The translations under genes were made by a program, and so were the position numbers. The notes under the pieces were generated by a model. The model saw nothing but the letters and a program-made list of their open reading frames with translations. It was not told the DNA's origin and did not search any database. From contig MFUP01000005.1 in assembly GCA_001785735.1 (NCBI GenBank), positions 1-55,200 of the forward strand: DNA of 55,200 nucleotides, read 5' to 3'. Positions 20,035 to 30,600 of the stretch are shown here, piece after piece. Each line of letters opens with the position of its first letter. The stretch's first letter is position 1. The stretch is from Candidatus Nomurabacteria bacterium RIFCSPLOWO2_01_FULL_33_24 (GTDB lineage Bacteria > Patescibacteriota > Minisyncoccia > Phycocordibacterales > MFUP01).

Positions 20035-21231
20035 ATGGCAGTAGAAGAATTTAAAAGAGATAAACCCCACGTAAACGTGGGAACAATCGGTCATGTTGAT
20101 CATGGAAAAACCACTTTAACAGCGGCGATTCTTCATGTTCTCAATTTGGCTGGGAAAAAGGTTAAGCTTCGAGGGGTTGATCAAATTGATAACGCCCCCG
20201 AGGAAAAAGAAAGGGGGATAACAATTGCTCTTTCTCATAATGAATATGAAACTGATGCTCGTCACTATGCTCATATTGATGCTCCTGGGCACGCTGATTA
20301 TATAAAAAATATGATTACGGGAGCTGCCCAAATGGACGGAGCCATTATTGTGGTAGCGGCGACTGATGGGGTAATGCCTCAAACAAGAGAACATATTTTG
20401 CTTGCTCGACAAGTTGGTGTTCCAAAAATTATTGTTTTTATAAACAAAGTTGACATGGTTGATGATAAGGAATTAGTTGATTTAGTTGAAGAAGAAATTC
20501 GTGAGCTTCTTACTAAATATGAATTTGATGGTGTTAACACCCCAGTTATTAAGGGATCAGCTCTAAAAGCCTTGAACGCTCAATCAATTGATGATCAATG
20601 GGCTAAGAATATTCTTGAATTAACAGATGCTCTTGATAAATATATTCCAGTTCCAGAACGTGATATTGAAAAACCTTTTCTTATGCCCGTTGAGGATATT
20701 TTCTCAATTGAAGGACGAGGGACGGTAGCCACAGGAAGAATTGAAAGAGGAATTGTTAAAGTTGGAGAAGAAATTGAAATCGTTGGAATTAAGGAGACAT
20801 CAAAAACAACAGTTACTGGTATTGAAATGTTTAACAAACAACTTCAGGAAGGAATAGCTGGAGATAATGCTGGTGTTTTACTTAGAGGAATTAAAAAAGA
20901 ATCTCTAACACGAGGACAAGTGTTATCAAAAGTAGGAAGTGTTACTCCTCATACTGAATTTGATGCAGAAGTATATGTTTTAAACAAAGATGAAGGTGGA
21001 CGGCATACCCCATTTTTTACTGGTTACAAACCCCAATTTTATATTAGAACCACTGATGTCACAGGAGAAGCTTTTCTTCCAGAAGGAACAGAAATGGTAA
21101 TGCCGGGAGATACAGTTCAATTAAAAATTAAATTGTCTGTTCCTATTGCTCTGGAAGAACAACAAAGATTTGCTATTAGAGAAGGAGGGAAAACTGTTGG
21201 AGCCGGAGTGGTCACAAAAGTTATAGCCTAA
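20035..21231 (+). CDS. tuf: Elongation factor Tu
   Basis: [17 protein letters not shown] and NKVD motifs; 398 aa. Confidence 0.98.
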   Translation: MAVEEFKRDKPHVNVGTIGHVDHGKTTLTAAILHVLNLAGKKVKLRGVDQIDNAPEEKERGITIALSHNEYETDARHYAHIDAPGHADYIKNMITGAAQMDGAIIVVAATDGVMPQTREHILLARQVGVPKIIVFINKVDMVDDKELVDLVEEEIRELLTKYEFDGVNTPVIKGSALKALNAQSIDDQWAKNILELTDALDKYIPVPERDIEKPFLMPVEDIFSIEGRGTVATGRIERGIVKVGEEIEIVGIKETSKTTVTGIEMFNKQLQEGIAGDNAGVLLRGIKKESLTRGQVLSKVGSVTPHTEFDAEVYVLNKDEGGRHTPFFTGYKPQFYIRTTDVTGEAFLPEGTEMVMPGDTVQLKIKLSVPIALEEQQRFAIREGGKTVGAGVVTKVIA

Positions 21232-21244
21232 AAAATTTATAAGT

Positions 21245-21679
21245 ATGGCAACAAAAACGACAAAAAAATCTAGTGCCCAGAAAACCAAAATAAAAAAAAA
21301 CACAGACAGCCCAAAAAACAAAACTAAAATAGCAGCTAAAGATAAATCTGATTTTTTGTCTAAGGGAGATGACTTAATAAAACTTCGCATTAGAGTCCGA
21401 GCTTATGAAAATAAAATACTTGACGCTTCGGTAAAACAAATTATTGATACTGCCAGTCGTTATGATGCTGATATCATTGGGCCAATACCATTACCAACAG
21501 AAAAAAAGAAATATACAGTTAACCGATCACCTTTTATTTTTAAGGATTCTAGAGAACAATTTGAAATTAGAGTTCATAAAAGAGTCATTGATATTTCTAA
21601 TCCATCCGCTAAGATAATTGATGCTTTAACCAACTTAAATTTACCATCAGGAGTTGATATTGATGTCAAAATGCTCTAA
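21245..21679 (+). CDS. rpsJ: 30S ribosomal protein S10 with Lys-rich N-terminal extension of about 44 aa
   Basis: C-terminal 100 aa is typical S10 ([12 protein letters not shown]...GPIPLPT...). There is no alternative in-frame ATG. Confidence 0.93.
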   Translation: MATKTTKKSSAQKTKIKKNTDSPKNKTKIAAKDKSDFLSKGDDLIKLRIRVRAYENKILDASVKQIIDTASRYDADIIGPIPLPTEKKKYTVNRSPFIFKDSREQFEIRVHKRVIDISNPSAKIIDALTNLNLPSGVDIDVKML

Positions 21680-21789
21680 AAATAACAGTCTCTTTATTGA
21701 CGGATAGCATATTTTTTAATCCGCTAGAAGTTGATCTATTAAAAATTTGGTTGACGAAGGCGGGTTATTGAGATAATTTTTAAAAATAT

Positions 21790-22410
21790 ATGAAATTTAT
21801 ATTGGGAACAAAACAAAAGATGGTTCAATATTTTAATGAAGAAGGGAAAGCTTCTCCAGCTACTTTAATATCAGCTGGTCCTATTGTTGTTACTCAATTA
21901 AAAGATAAAGAAAAAGATGGATATAAAGCTATTCAAATCGGTTATTTGGAGAAAAAGAAGCAAAATTCTAAAAGTAAGTTGGGGCACTTAAAGAATCTTG
22001 GTAATTTTAAGCACTTAAGAGAATTTATTACTGAAAATGATGAAAAATTAAAATTAGGAGATACTATTGATGTTTCTGCCTTTGAAAAAGTAAAAACTGT
22101 TGTCATTAGTGGTGTTTCTAAAGGAAAAGGATTTCAAGGAGGAGTTAAACGACATGGTTTTCATGGAGGACCGCGGTCTCATGGGCAAAAACATTCCGAA
22201 CGTGAAGTCGGCTCAATCGGGGATGCTGGGTCACAAAGAGTTTTTAAGGGCAAAAGGATGCCTGGCCGAATGGGAAGTGATAGAATAACCGTAAAAAATT
22301 TGGTTATTCTTGATATTGATAAAGAAAATAATCATTTGTTAGTCAAAGGAGCTGTTCCCGGAAGATTGGGGACTATTTTAGAAATTAGAAGTCTAAAAAT
22401 TAAACTATAA
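21790..22410 (+). CDS. rplC: 50S ribosomal protein L3
   Basis: Typical L3 (GVSKGKGFQGGVKRHGF) in S10-operon order. Confidence 0.96.
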   Translation: MKFILGTKQKMVQYFNEEGKASPATLISAGPIVVTQLKDKEKDGYKAIQIGYLEKKKQNSKSKLGHLKNLGNFKHLREFITENDEKLKLGDTIDVSAFEKVKTVVISGVSKGKGFQGGVKRHGFHGGPRSHGQKHSEREVGSIGDAGSQRVFKGKRMPGRMGSDRITVKNLVILDIDKENNHLLVKGAVPGRLGTILEIRSLKIKL

Positions 22411-23072
22411 TGGAAGCAAAAGTATACAACCAAAAAGGGGAAGAAACTGGAAAAGTAAAACTACCAAATGAAATCTTTGGATTAAAATGGAATGGTGATT
22501 TAGTTCATCAAGTTACCACAGGAATGCAAGCTAACCAAAGAATCAATATTGCCCATACCAAAGATCGAAGTGAAGTTTCTGGGGGAGGGAAAAAACCATA
22601 CAGGCAAAAAGGAACTGGCCGAGCGCGACATGGCTCAATTCGATCTCCAATTTGGAAAGGTGGCGGAGTTACTCATGGGCCATTAAAAGATAAAAAATAT
22701 AGAGAGAAAATAAATAAAAAAATGAAAATTAAAGCTCTTTATACAATTCTTTCAGAAAAGTTAAAAGACAAAGAAATATTGTTTATTGACGATATAAAAT
22801 TAAAAGAAGTAAAGACAAAATTAGCTCAAAAAATATTACTATCTCTTAGTAAAGTATCTGGTTTTAATAAATTAAAGATGAAGAAAAAAAATAATATTTT
22901 TCTATCTTTAAATAAGAAAGATGAGATAATCAGAAAAAGTTTTAATAATCTTCCCCAGATATATCTTGATCGAATAGGGAATATTAATCCCTTAACAATA
23001 TTAAAATATAGATATTTAATAATTGTTGATCCAGAAAAAAGTATAAATTTAATATTGAATAAGATTAAATAA
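22410..23072 (+). CDS. rplD: 50S ribosomal protein L4
   Basis: SGGGKKPYRQKGTGRARHGSIRSPIWKGGG; operon order. Confidence 0.96.
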   Translation: MEAKVYNQKGEETGKVKLPNEIFGLKWNGDLVHQVTTGMQANQRINIAHTKDRSEVSGGGKKPYRQKGTGRARHGSIRSPIWKGGGVTHGPLKDKKYREKINKKMKIKALYTILSEKLKDKEILFIDDIKLKEVKTKLAQKILLSLSKVSGFNKLKMKKKNNIFLSLNKKDEIIRKSFNNLPQIYLDRIGNINPLTILKYRYLIIVDPEKSINLILNKIK

Positions 23073-23350
23073 TGAAATCTATTAATAAAATAATTAAAAG
23101 ACCTAGAATTACAGAAAAAGCATCAATGTTAACAGAAAACTCTGTCTACACTTTTGATATTGCCCCCAAAACTACCAAAATAGAAATTAAAGATGCTATT
23201 AGGAAACTTTATAAAGTAGATCCAATTAAAATTAGAATTGCGTCTGTCCCAGCTAAAAATGTTTTTATTAGAGGTAAAAAGGGAATCAAAAAAGGAGGCA
23301 GAAAAGCAATGGTTTATTTAAAGTTAGGTGATAAAATTGAATTTATTTAA
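23072..23350 (+). CDS. rplW: 50S ribosomal protein L23
   Basis: 92 aa; operon position; ITEKA... motif. Confidence 0.93.
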   Translation: MKSINKIIKRPRITEKASMLTENSVYTFDIAPKTTKIEIKDAIRKLYKVDPIKIRIASVPAKNVFIRGKKGIKKGGRKAMVYLKLGDKIEFI

Positions 23351-23353
23351 TAT

Positions 23354-24199
23354 ATGAAAAAATATAAACCAACAACTCCATCAAGAAGACAAATGTCTAC
23401 TGTTTCCTATAAAGGGATTATAACTACTTCCAGTCCAGAAAGAACCTTAACTAAAGGATTTAAAAGAGGAACTGGAAGGAATAATCAAGGAAGAATAACC
23501 ACTCGTCATAAAGGAGGCGGACATAAACGTCGCTATCGTCTTATTGATTTTAAATATGAAAAAATGGATATTTCTGCTAAAGTTAAAACTATTGAATATG
23601 ATCCAAACAGATCATCCTTCATTGCCTTAATTTCCTATCTTGATGGAGAAAAACGTTATATTATTGCTCCTAAATCAATAAAAGTAGGCGACAAACTAAT
23701 TATCTCCGAAGAGGCTCCTTTGAATGTTGGCAATCGTTTGCCTCTTAAAAATATTCCAGTAGGAACTTTTGTTTATAATGTTGAAATAAAACCTAAAAGT
23801 GGAGCTAAATTCGCTCGCTCAGCCGGTAATTTTGTTCAAGTTTTAGCTAATAGCGATGGTTATACCCATTTAAAAATGCCATCATCAGAAATAAGAAAAG
23901 TTAATGAAAAGTGTTGGGCTTCTATTGGGGAAGTTTCTAATGAAGAACATAAATTAGTTAATATTGGGAAAGCGGGCCGATCAAGATGGTTGGGAATTCG
24001 TCCGACAGTTCGCGGATCAGCGATGAACCCAGTTGATCATCCTCATGGTGGTGGTGAAGGACGACAAGGAATTGGTTTAAGAAGAGGGCCAAAAACACCA
24101 TGGGGTAAATTAGCTTATGGAGTTAAAACTGGCAGTAAGAAGAAATATTCTGCTAAACTTATTGTTTCTAGACGGAAACCAAAGAAGAGAAAAAAATAA
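23354..24199 (+). CDS. rplB: 50S ribosomal protein L2
   Basis: [11 protein letters not shown] and [14 protein letters not shown] motifs. Confidence 0.97.
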   Translation: MKKYKPTTPSRRQMSTVSYKGIITTSSPERTLTKGFKRGTGRNNQGRITTRHKGGGHKRRYRLIDFKYEKMDISAKVKTIEYDPNRSSFIALISYLDGEKRYIIAPKSIKVGDKLIISEEAPLNVGNRLPLKNIPVGTFVYNVEIKPKSGAKFARSAGNFVQVLANSDGYTHLKMPSSEIRKVNEKCWASIGEVSNEEHKLVNIGKAGRSRWLGIRPTVRGSAMNPVDHPHGGGEGRQGIGLRRGPKTPWGKLAYGVKTGSKKKYSAKLIVSRRKPKKRKK

Positions 24200-24209
24200 G
24201 AAGAAGTAA

Positions 24210-24262
24210 TTGACTTTATTTTTCAACCTGATAAGATAAAAAACAAGCTCTATCGAGCTTGT
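24210..24262 (+). promoter_or_regulatory. Internal promoter plus promoter-proximal hairpin upstream of rpsS
   Basis: TTGACT (24210-24215), N16, TGATAAGAT (-10 at 24232-24237). Then ACAAGCUC-UAUC-GAGCUUGU hairpin (24243-24262) and a U-run. Confidence 0.5.
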
Positions 24263-24272
24263 TTTATTTGAG

Positions 24273-24614
24273 ATGACTAGATCACTTAAAAAAGGTCCCT
24301 ATGTGGACGAAAAATTACTAAAAAAGATAGAAGGGAAAAAACCAGACCAAGTCGGGGTTATTAAAACATGGGCTCGAGCATCCCAAATATCACCCGAAAT
24401 GGTTGGTTTTACTTTTGGGGTTCATAATGGAAAAAGTCATCTTGAAGTTTTTGTTTCAGAAGATATGGTTGGCCATCGTCTAGGAGAATTTTCTTTAACT
24501 AGAAAATTTATTAAACATGGAGGTAAAATGCAAAAAGAAATTGAACAAAAGAAAAGAGAAGCTGAAATTACCCAAGCTAAAGCGGCTAAAGCAACTAGTG
24601 ATTCTAAAAAATAA
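24273..24614 (+). CDS. rpsS: 30S ribosomal protein S19 with Lys/Ala-rich C-terminal tail
   Basis: [12 protein letters not shown]...GHRLGEF...; about 20 extra C-terminal residues. Confidence 0.95.
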   Translation: MTRSLKKGPYVDEKLLKKIEGKKPDQVGVIKTWARASQISPEMVGFTFGVHNGKSHLEVFVSEDMVGHRLGEFSLTRKFIKHGGKMQKEIEQKKREAEITQAKAAKATSDSKK

Positions 24615-24624
24615 TATTTAAAAT

Positions 24625-24960
24625 ATGAAATCATTTCTAAAAAACCACAGACAAGCTCCTCGAAAAGTTCGCTTAGTAACAAATTTTATTAAAGGTAAGT
24701 TAGTCAATGTTGCTCAAAATGAACTTAAATTACTTCCTCAAAGAGCCGGGATGGTAGTAAAAAAGCTTTTGGGATCAGCGGTCGCTAATGCTAAACATAA
24801 TTCTGAGGTTAGTGAAGATAAATTATATGTGAAAGATATTATTGTTAATGAAGGATCAACCCTAAAACGATTTAGACCAAGGGCCATGGGAAGATCTTCA
24901 AAAATTAACAAACGATCAAGTCATATTACTATTATTCTTGCTGAAAAAAATTATGACTAA
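24625..24960 (+). CDS. rplV: 50S ribosomal protein L22
   Basis: Operon position; typical L22 features (RPRAMGRSSKINKRSSHITI). Confidence 0.95.
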   Translation: MKSFLKNHRQAPRKVRLVTNFIKGKLVNVAQNELKLLPQRAGMVVKKLLGSAVANAKHNSEVSEDKLYVKDIIVNEGSTLKRFRPRAMGRSSKINKRSSHITIILAEKNYD

Positions 24961-25618
24961 AACAGTCCATCCATATGCCCACAGATTAGTGATTTTACGA
25001 GACTGGAAGTCTCGTTGGTTTTCTAATAAAAAGAAATATAAAGATTTTCTTAGGGCAGATGTTTTAATTAGAAAATTTTTAGAGAAAAGATTGAGAGGAT
25101 TTTATGTTTCATCTATTGAAATAGAAAGAAGTAGAAAATTTTCTAAAATTATAATAAAAACTTCTCGTCCGGGGATGATTATTGGCCGTAACGGAGAAGG
25201 AGCAACAAAACTTAAAGAAGATTTATTAAAAATTATGAAAAAAAATGAAATTACTATTTCTGAAGAATTTAAATTAGATATTATTGAAGTTATTTCCCCG
25301 GATTCTGACGCTTCTCTGGTTGCTTATTCAATTGTTGAAGCCATGGAAAAGAGATTGCCTTATCGTCGAGTTATCAAACAAGCTCTCGAGAAAGTTATGG
25401 CGGTTAGGGAAGTAAAAGGAGCCAGAATTGTTGTGGCTGGACGGCTTGGTGGTACTGAAATTGCTAGGACCGAAGGAATAAAAGATGGTAATATTCCTTT
25501 ACAAACACTAAGAGCTGATATTGATTTTGCTCGAGAACGAGCTCGTTTACCTTATGGGACAATAGGAATTAAAGTTTGGATTTACAAAGGAGAAGTTTTT
25601 AATGATAAGAAAAAATAA
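24953..25618 (+). CDS. rpsC: 30S ribosomal protein S3
   Basis: VHPYAHRL..., KH domain GMIIGRNGEG. ATG 24953 is preferred over the TTG at 24938. Confidence 0.95.
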   Translation: MTKTVHPYAHRLVILRDWKSRWFSNKKKYKDFLRADVLIRKFLEKRLRGFYVSSIEIERSRKFSKIIIKTSRPGMIIGRNGEGATKLKEDLLKIMKKNEITISEEFKLDIIEVISPDSDASLVAYSIVEAMEKRLPYRRVIKQALEKVMAVREVKGARIVVAGRLGGTEIARTEGIKDGNIPLQTLRADIDFARERARLPYGTIGIKVWIYKGEVFNDKKK

Positions 25619-25620
25619 AT

Positions 25621-26040
25621 ATGCTTTTCCCTAAAAAAGTAAAATTTAGAAAGTGGCAAACTCAAAGAAAAAAGTTAAACAAGATTAATTCTGCCACCAG
25701 AGGAACAGAACTAAGTTTTGGTTCCTTTGGTTTAAAATCAGAAACTGCCGGGAGAATTCGATCTAATCAATTAGAAGCGGCTAGAAAAACAATGACTAAA
25801 AAAATATCAAAAGTTGGAAAAATCTGGATTAGAATATTCCCTGACAGACCTTACACTGCCAAAGCGGCTGAAGTTGGAATGGGAAAAGGAAAAGGAGATC
25901 CTAAAGGATATTGTGTCGAAGTCCACCCCGGAAGAATTATTTTTGAGGTTGATGGTGTTTCTGAAGAAATAGCCAGAGAAGCTCTTAGAAAAGCTGGAAC
26001 AAAATTACCAATTAAAACTAAAGTTACTAGTCGATCATGA
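25621..26040 (+). CDS. rplP: 50S ribosomal protein L16
   Basis: MLFPKKVKFRKWQ...MGKGKG...; operon order. Confidence 0.97.
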   Translation: MLFPKKVKFRKWQTQRKKLNKINSATRGTELSFGSFGLKSETAGRIRSNQLEAARKTMTKKISKVGKIWIRIFPDRPYTAKAAEVGMGKGKGDPKGYCVEVHPGRIIFEVDGVSEEIAREALRKAGTKLPIKTKVTSRS

Positions 26041-26219
26041 AATTAAAAGATTTTAAAGATGGGGAACTTGAAAAAAAATTAGAAGATAAACAAGAAAAAC
26101 TTCGGCAGTTTCGTTTTGGTGTTTCTGGGAGTAAAACTAAAAATGTTAAGGAGGGAAGTCTTTTAAGAAAAGAAATTGCTCAGATTATGACTGAAAAACG
26201 AAGAAGAATTAAAAATTAA
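26037..26219 (+). CDS. rpmC: 50S ribosomal protein L29
   Basis: 60 aa; ATGA overlap with rplP; operon order. Confidence 0.9.
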   Translation: MKLKDFKDGELEKKLEDKQEKLRQFRFGVSGSKTKNVKEGSLLRKEIAQIMTEKRRRIKN

Positions 26220-26221
26220 TT

Positions 26222-26446
26222 ATGACCAAAAAGATTTTAAAAGGAATAGTTGTTTCAGACAAAATGGACAAAACCATTGTTGTTTCAGTAACTCGTTTTG
26301 TTAAACATCCCAAATATAAAAAATATAGTAAAATTAGTAAAAATTATAAAGCTCATGATGTTGAAAATAAGTATAAAACAGGCGATAATGTTCAAATTGA
26401 AGAAATAAAACCTTTATCAAAAGAGAAAAATTTTAAAGTTCTATGA
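26222..26446 (+). CDS. rpsQ: 30S ribosomal protein S17
   Basis: [16 protein letters not shown]...; operon order. Confidence 0.95.
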   Translation: MTKKILKGIVVSDKMDKTIVVSVTRFVKHPKYKKYSKISKNYKAHDVENKYKTGDNVQIEEIKPLSKEKNFKVL

Positions 26447-26814
26447 TCCAGCCAGAAACAAAAGTAATAATCACAGATAATACCGGTGGCAAAATTGGTA
26501 ATGTTTTTAAAATATTAGGAGGATCCAAAAGACGTTATGCCAGAATTGGTGACAAAGTAGTAATATCAGTTAGAGTCGCTGATCCTAGAAAAGGAGTTAA
26601 GAAAAAAGATGTTCATCAAGCAGTGGTTGTTCGTCAAAATAAATCCTTCAGAAGAAAAGATGGTTCTTATATTAAATTTGATGACAATGCCGTGGTTATT
26701 TTAGAAAAAGACAAAAAAGAACCAAAAGGAGGAAGAATTTTTGGCCCAGTTCCAAGAGAATTAGGAGAAATGGGATATCAGAAAATTATTTCCTTGGCTC
26801 CAGAAGTTTTATAA
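26443..26814 (+). CDS. rplN: 50S ribosomal protein L14
   Basis: [17 protein letters not shown]...; typical L14. Confidence 0.97.
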   Translation: MIQPETKVIITDNTGGKIGNVFKILGGSKRRYARIGDKVVISVRVADPRKGVKKKDVHQAVVVRQNKSFRRKDGSYIKFDDNAVVILEKDKKEPKGGRIFGPVPRELGEMGYQKIISLAPEVL

Positions 26815-26845
26815 ATTATATTTATTATTTACTAATTTTTAAAAA

Positions 26846-27067
26846 ATGAAAGTGAAAAAAGGAGACAACATTATAGTGATTACCGGGAAAGATAAAGGGA
26901 GAAAAGGAAAGGTAATAAAAGCTATTCCGAATCTAAGCAAGGTGGTGGTTGAGGGGATTAATATGAAAAAACGTCACCAACGACCAAAAAAATCAAATGA
27001 AAAAGGTCAAGTTTTAGAAATAGCTTCTCCGATTGATGTTTCAAATATAAAATTATGGAAGAAATAA
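26846..27067 (+). CDS. rplX: 50S ribosomal protein L24
   Basis: MKVKKGDNIIVITGKDKGRKGKV (KOW motif). Confidence 0.95.
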   Translation: MKVKKGDNIIVITGKDKGRKGKVIKAIPNLSKVVVEGINMKKRHQRPKKSNEKGQVLEIASPIDVSNIKLWKK

Positions 27068-27594
27068 AGAAAAAACAAGATAAATCTTTTGAGCTTTTGA
27101 AAAAAAACTTCAATTACAAAAACAAAATGTCTGCCCCCAAGTTAGTTAAAGTTGTGTTAAGTTCAGGAACGGGTTCTGGCCTCAAAAGAGACAAAAAAAT
27201 AAATGAAGTAGTGTTTGATCGATTGACTAAAATTACTGGACAAAAGCCATCATTGCGAAAAGCCAAAAAATCAGTCGCTAGTTTTAAAATTCGTCAAGGA
27301 GACCCAATTGGAGTAATGGTCAATTTAAGAGGGGAAAGAATGTATTCCTTTTTAGATAAATTAATAAATATTGCCTTTCCTAGAACTAAAGATTTTAGAG
27401 GTTTGAAAACAAGCGCGGTAGATGAGGCTGGGAATTTAACAATTGGGATCAAAGAACATATAATTTTTCCAGAAACTTCTGACGAAGAATTAAAAGATGT
27501 TTTTGGATTAGCAATTACTTTAGTTAGTACCGCTAAAAATAAAAAAGAAGCCACCGCCTTTTTTGAACTTATTGGGATACCCTTTAGAAAATAA
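27055..27594 (+). CDS. rplE: 50S ribosomal protein L5
   Basis: Typical L5 (FPRTKDFRGL...) in spc-operon order. Confidence 0.96.
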   Translation: MEEIKKKQDKSFELLKKNFNYKNKMSAPKLVKVVLSSGTGSGLKRDKKINEVVFDRLTKITGQKPSLRKAKKSVASFKIRQGDPIGVMVNLRGERMYSFLDKLINIAFPRTKDFRGLKTSAVDEAGNLTIGIKEHIIFPETSDEELKDVFGLAITLVSTAKNKKEATAFFELIGIPFRK

Positions 27595-27602
27595 GTTTCT
27601 AA

Positions 27603-27632
27603 TTGACAAATCATCTTAAATTGATATAGAAT
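27603..27632 (+). promoter_or_regulatory. Promoter of the NHL-repeat gene, inside the ribosomal cluster
   Basis: TTGACA (27603-27608), N16, TGATATAGA (or TAGAAT at 27627-27632). The ATG is at 27643. Confidence 0.5.
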
Positions 27633-27642
27633 GAAGTCATAA

Positions 27643-30600
27643 ATGGCTTACAAAATAATAATATTTTCAATAATTATTTTCCTATTTCTATTAATTACTC
27701 CTTTCACTCAAGCGGCTTACAACGCCAGCGATTGTTTGGGGCAATTGGATTCTTCCAATGCTTGCGTATACACCAAAGGATTAACTAACAATAGTGGTGG
27801 GAATAGGGGATTAAATGGCGTTAGATATTCAGAAATTGATATCGTTAATCACCGTCTTTTTGTTTCTGATCAGTTAAATAACCGCGTTTTAATTTACAAT
27901 CTTGATTCCAGCAACAATCTAATTGACCGAGTCGCCGATAAGGTCTTGGGACAACCTAATTTTACTACTAACATTCCCGCTGTTACTCAAAATGGAATGA
28001 CTCAACCTTTGGGATTGGCGTATGATGCCACCAATAATCGTCTTTTTGTGGTGGAACCTTCGATAAACCGCATCCTTGTTTTTAATGTCGCTTCTATTAC
28101 TGACGGCGAAAGCGCGGTGAATGTTTTAGGGCAAACAGATTTCATTTCCAGCGCGCCGGCTGTTACCCAATCGGGTCTTTCTATTCCTAATGATGTTACA
28201 TATGATTCCGCCAACGACCGTCTTTTTGTCGACAATTTGGGTTCTCATAGAGTAGTGATATATAACACTGCCATAATTACTGACGGAGAAGACGCCGTAA
28301 ATGTTCTAGGTCAAACCGATTTTATTTCAAGCACTCCGGCAACAACACAAAATGGAATGTGGGGGCCAAGGGGGGTTACCTACGATTCCGTCAATAATAG
28401 GTTAATTGTTGGCGATAGGGTCAATCATCGCGTTTTGTTTTTTGATATATCTTCTATCACTGACGGAGAAGACGCCGTAAATGTTCTAGGTCAAGCCGAT
28501 TTTACTTCCCAAACAATAGCTACCACTCAATCCGGCCTTCATTTTCCATATGGTATTGACTATGATTCTACAAATAATCGTCTTTTTGTCGCTGACTTGT
28601 TCAATAATCGTGTTATGGTCTTTGACACCCGCGTAAAAGTTCATTCGGCCTCGGGTTATTTCTATAAAGATGTTGACGGAAGCAATACAGTTACGGCTTC
28701 GGATATCCGTCATTCATCCGCGATTTCTGTTATTTCCGCGTATTCAGCGACCGGCGCAAACGAGGTAATAGTTGTTGATACGACCCTTACCGACAGCAGT
28801 GATGAAGTTCTTTCCTTTGGAACAATTACTACCGGCCAAACTATCATTCTTACCGAGACCGGAGCGGACACCAATACCATCGGAGCCATAACCGGAACTT
28901 TAGTTTCAACCGGCGGTTTTACCTGCACCGCCTATGACGCGGATAATGGCGGAGGTTCTTCTACTACCGCTATGGCTTCAATTCAATCTGTAAAATGTAT
29001 AAATGGAAGTGCAAATGTGGTGGTTTTTAATACAGACACGGATCTTGTAACAGATTTAGTGGCCGAATCTACGACCATTACTTTAATCACTTCAACTTAC
29101 GCTTCCGGCGCCACCGTAGCTTCCACCGATTCCGACCTCGGTTTAACCGTTTCTTTCACCAATGCCAACGGCTACAACGCTGATAATGTTCTGGGGCAGA
29201 GTGATTTTGTTTCTAGCACTGCAGCCACAACACAATCAGGAATGTCCTCCCCAATAGGTCTTGTTTATGATTCCGCCAACAACCGTATTTATGTTCCTGA
29301 TTTAACCAATAATCGCGTTTCTATCTTTGATGTCGCTTCCATCACCGATGGAGAAAATGCCGTTGATCTTCTCGGGCAATTGGATTCTAGCGATAGTCCG
29401 GTTTATACAACGGCTTACACTAATAATGTAACGACAAATAATATTGGATTTAATATCACCCACGGGGTTGTTTTAGACACAATCAACCATCGTCTTTTTG
29501 TTTCTGACCGCGATAATAACCGTATTTTAATATATGAACTTGACGCTAATAATAATTTAGTTGATCGGCTTCCTGAAAGAGTTTTAGGTCAAAGTAATTT
29601 TACCTCTAACATGGCCACTACCACCCAAAGCGGATTAAGTTCTCCGCGATTTTTGACTTATGACTCCGCCAACAATCGCCTTTTTGTGGCGGAGGTAGGG
29701 AACGATCGGATTCTTGTTTTTGATGTGGTCTCTATCACCAACGGAGAAAATGCCGTCAATGTTTTAGGGCAAGCAGATTTTACTTCTAATAGCACGGGAG
29801 TAACTCAAAGCACGGTAAATAATCCAGCTGGGTTAGCTTATGACTCCACTAACGGCAGACTTTTTGTGACTGATAACACTAACAACCGTGTTTTAGTTTT
29901 TGATGTTGCTTCAATTACTGATGGAGAAAATGCTGTTAATGTCTTGGGCCAAACAAATTTTACTTCCAATAGCACCGCCACCACACAAAGCGGAATGAAT
30001 AATCCTAACAGCTTAGCTTACGACTCCGCCAATAACCGTCTTTTTGTTAGTGATTATATCAACAATCGTGTTCTTGTTTTTGATGTTACTTCCATTACTA
30101 ACGGAGAGAATGCAGTCTATGTTTTAGGGCAAGTTGATTTTACTTCTTCGGCTAACGCTCTTGCGGCTTTCGGGAATTTAAATATTCCGTGGTATGTGTA
30201 TGTTTTAGTAACAATCCTATTAATAATCCTGTTGTTATTTACATCCAAGCATTTGCCAAAATGGGTCGCGGTTGTTATTACCATCTTGATAATCCTTCTG
30301 ATTATTTTCGGATTTCTTGTCTATGTGGCTTTTGGGGGGTTAAGCCAGATGGGGATGAGTAATCCTTCGGCTCCATCTTATGATTCAGTCAATAATCGTT
30401 TGTTTGTCTCTGATAATTCCAACAATCGCATTCTTCTTTTTGATACCACCACTATTAATAATGGAGAAAATGCAATCGCTATTTTAGGACAGGATGATTA
30501 TGTAACGAATACAGCAAAGACAACCCAAGATGGGATATATTCTCCTTCCGGACTAGCTTATGATTCTTCTCTTAATCGTCTTTATTTTTCAGATGGCACC

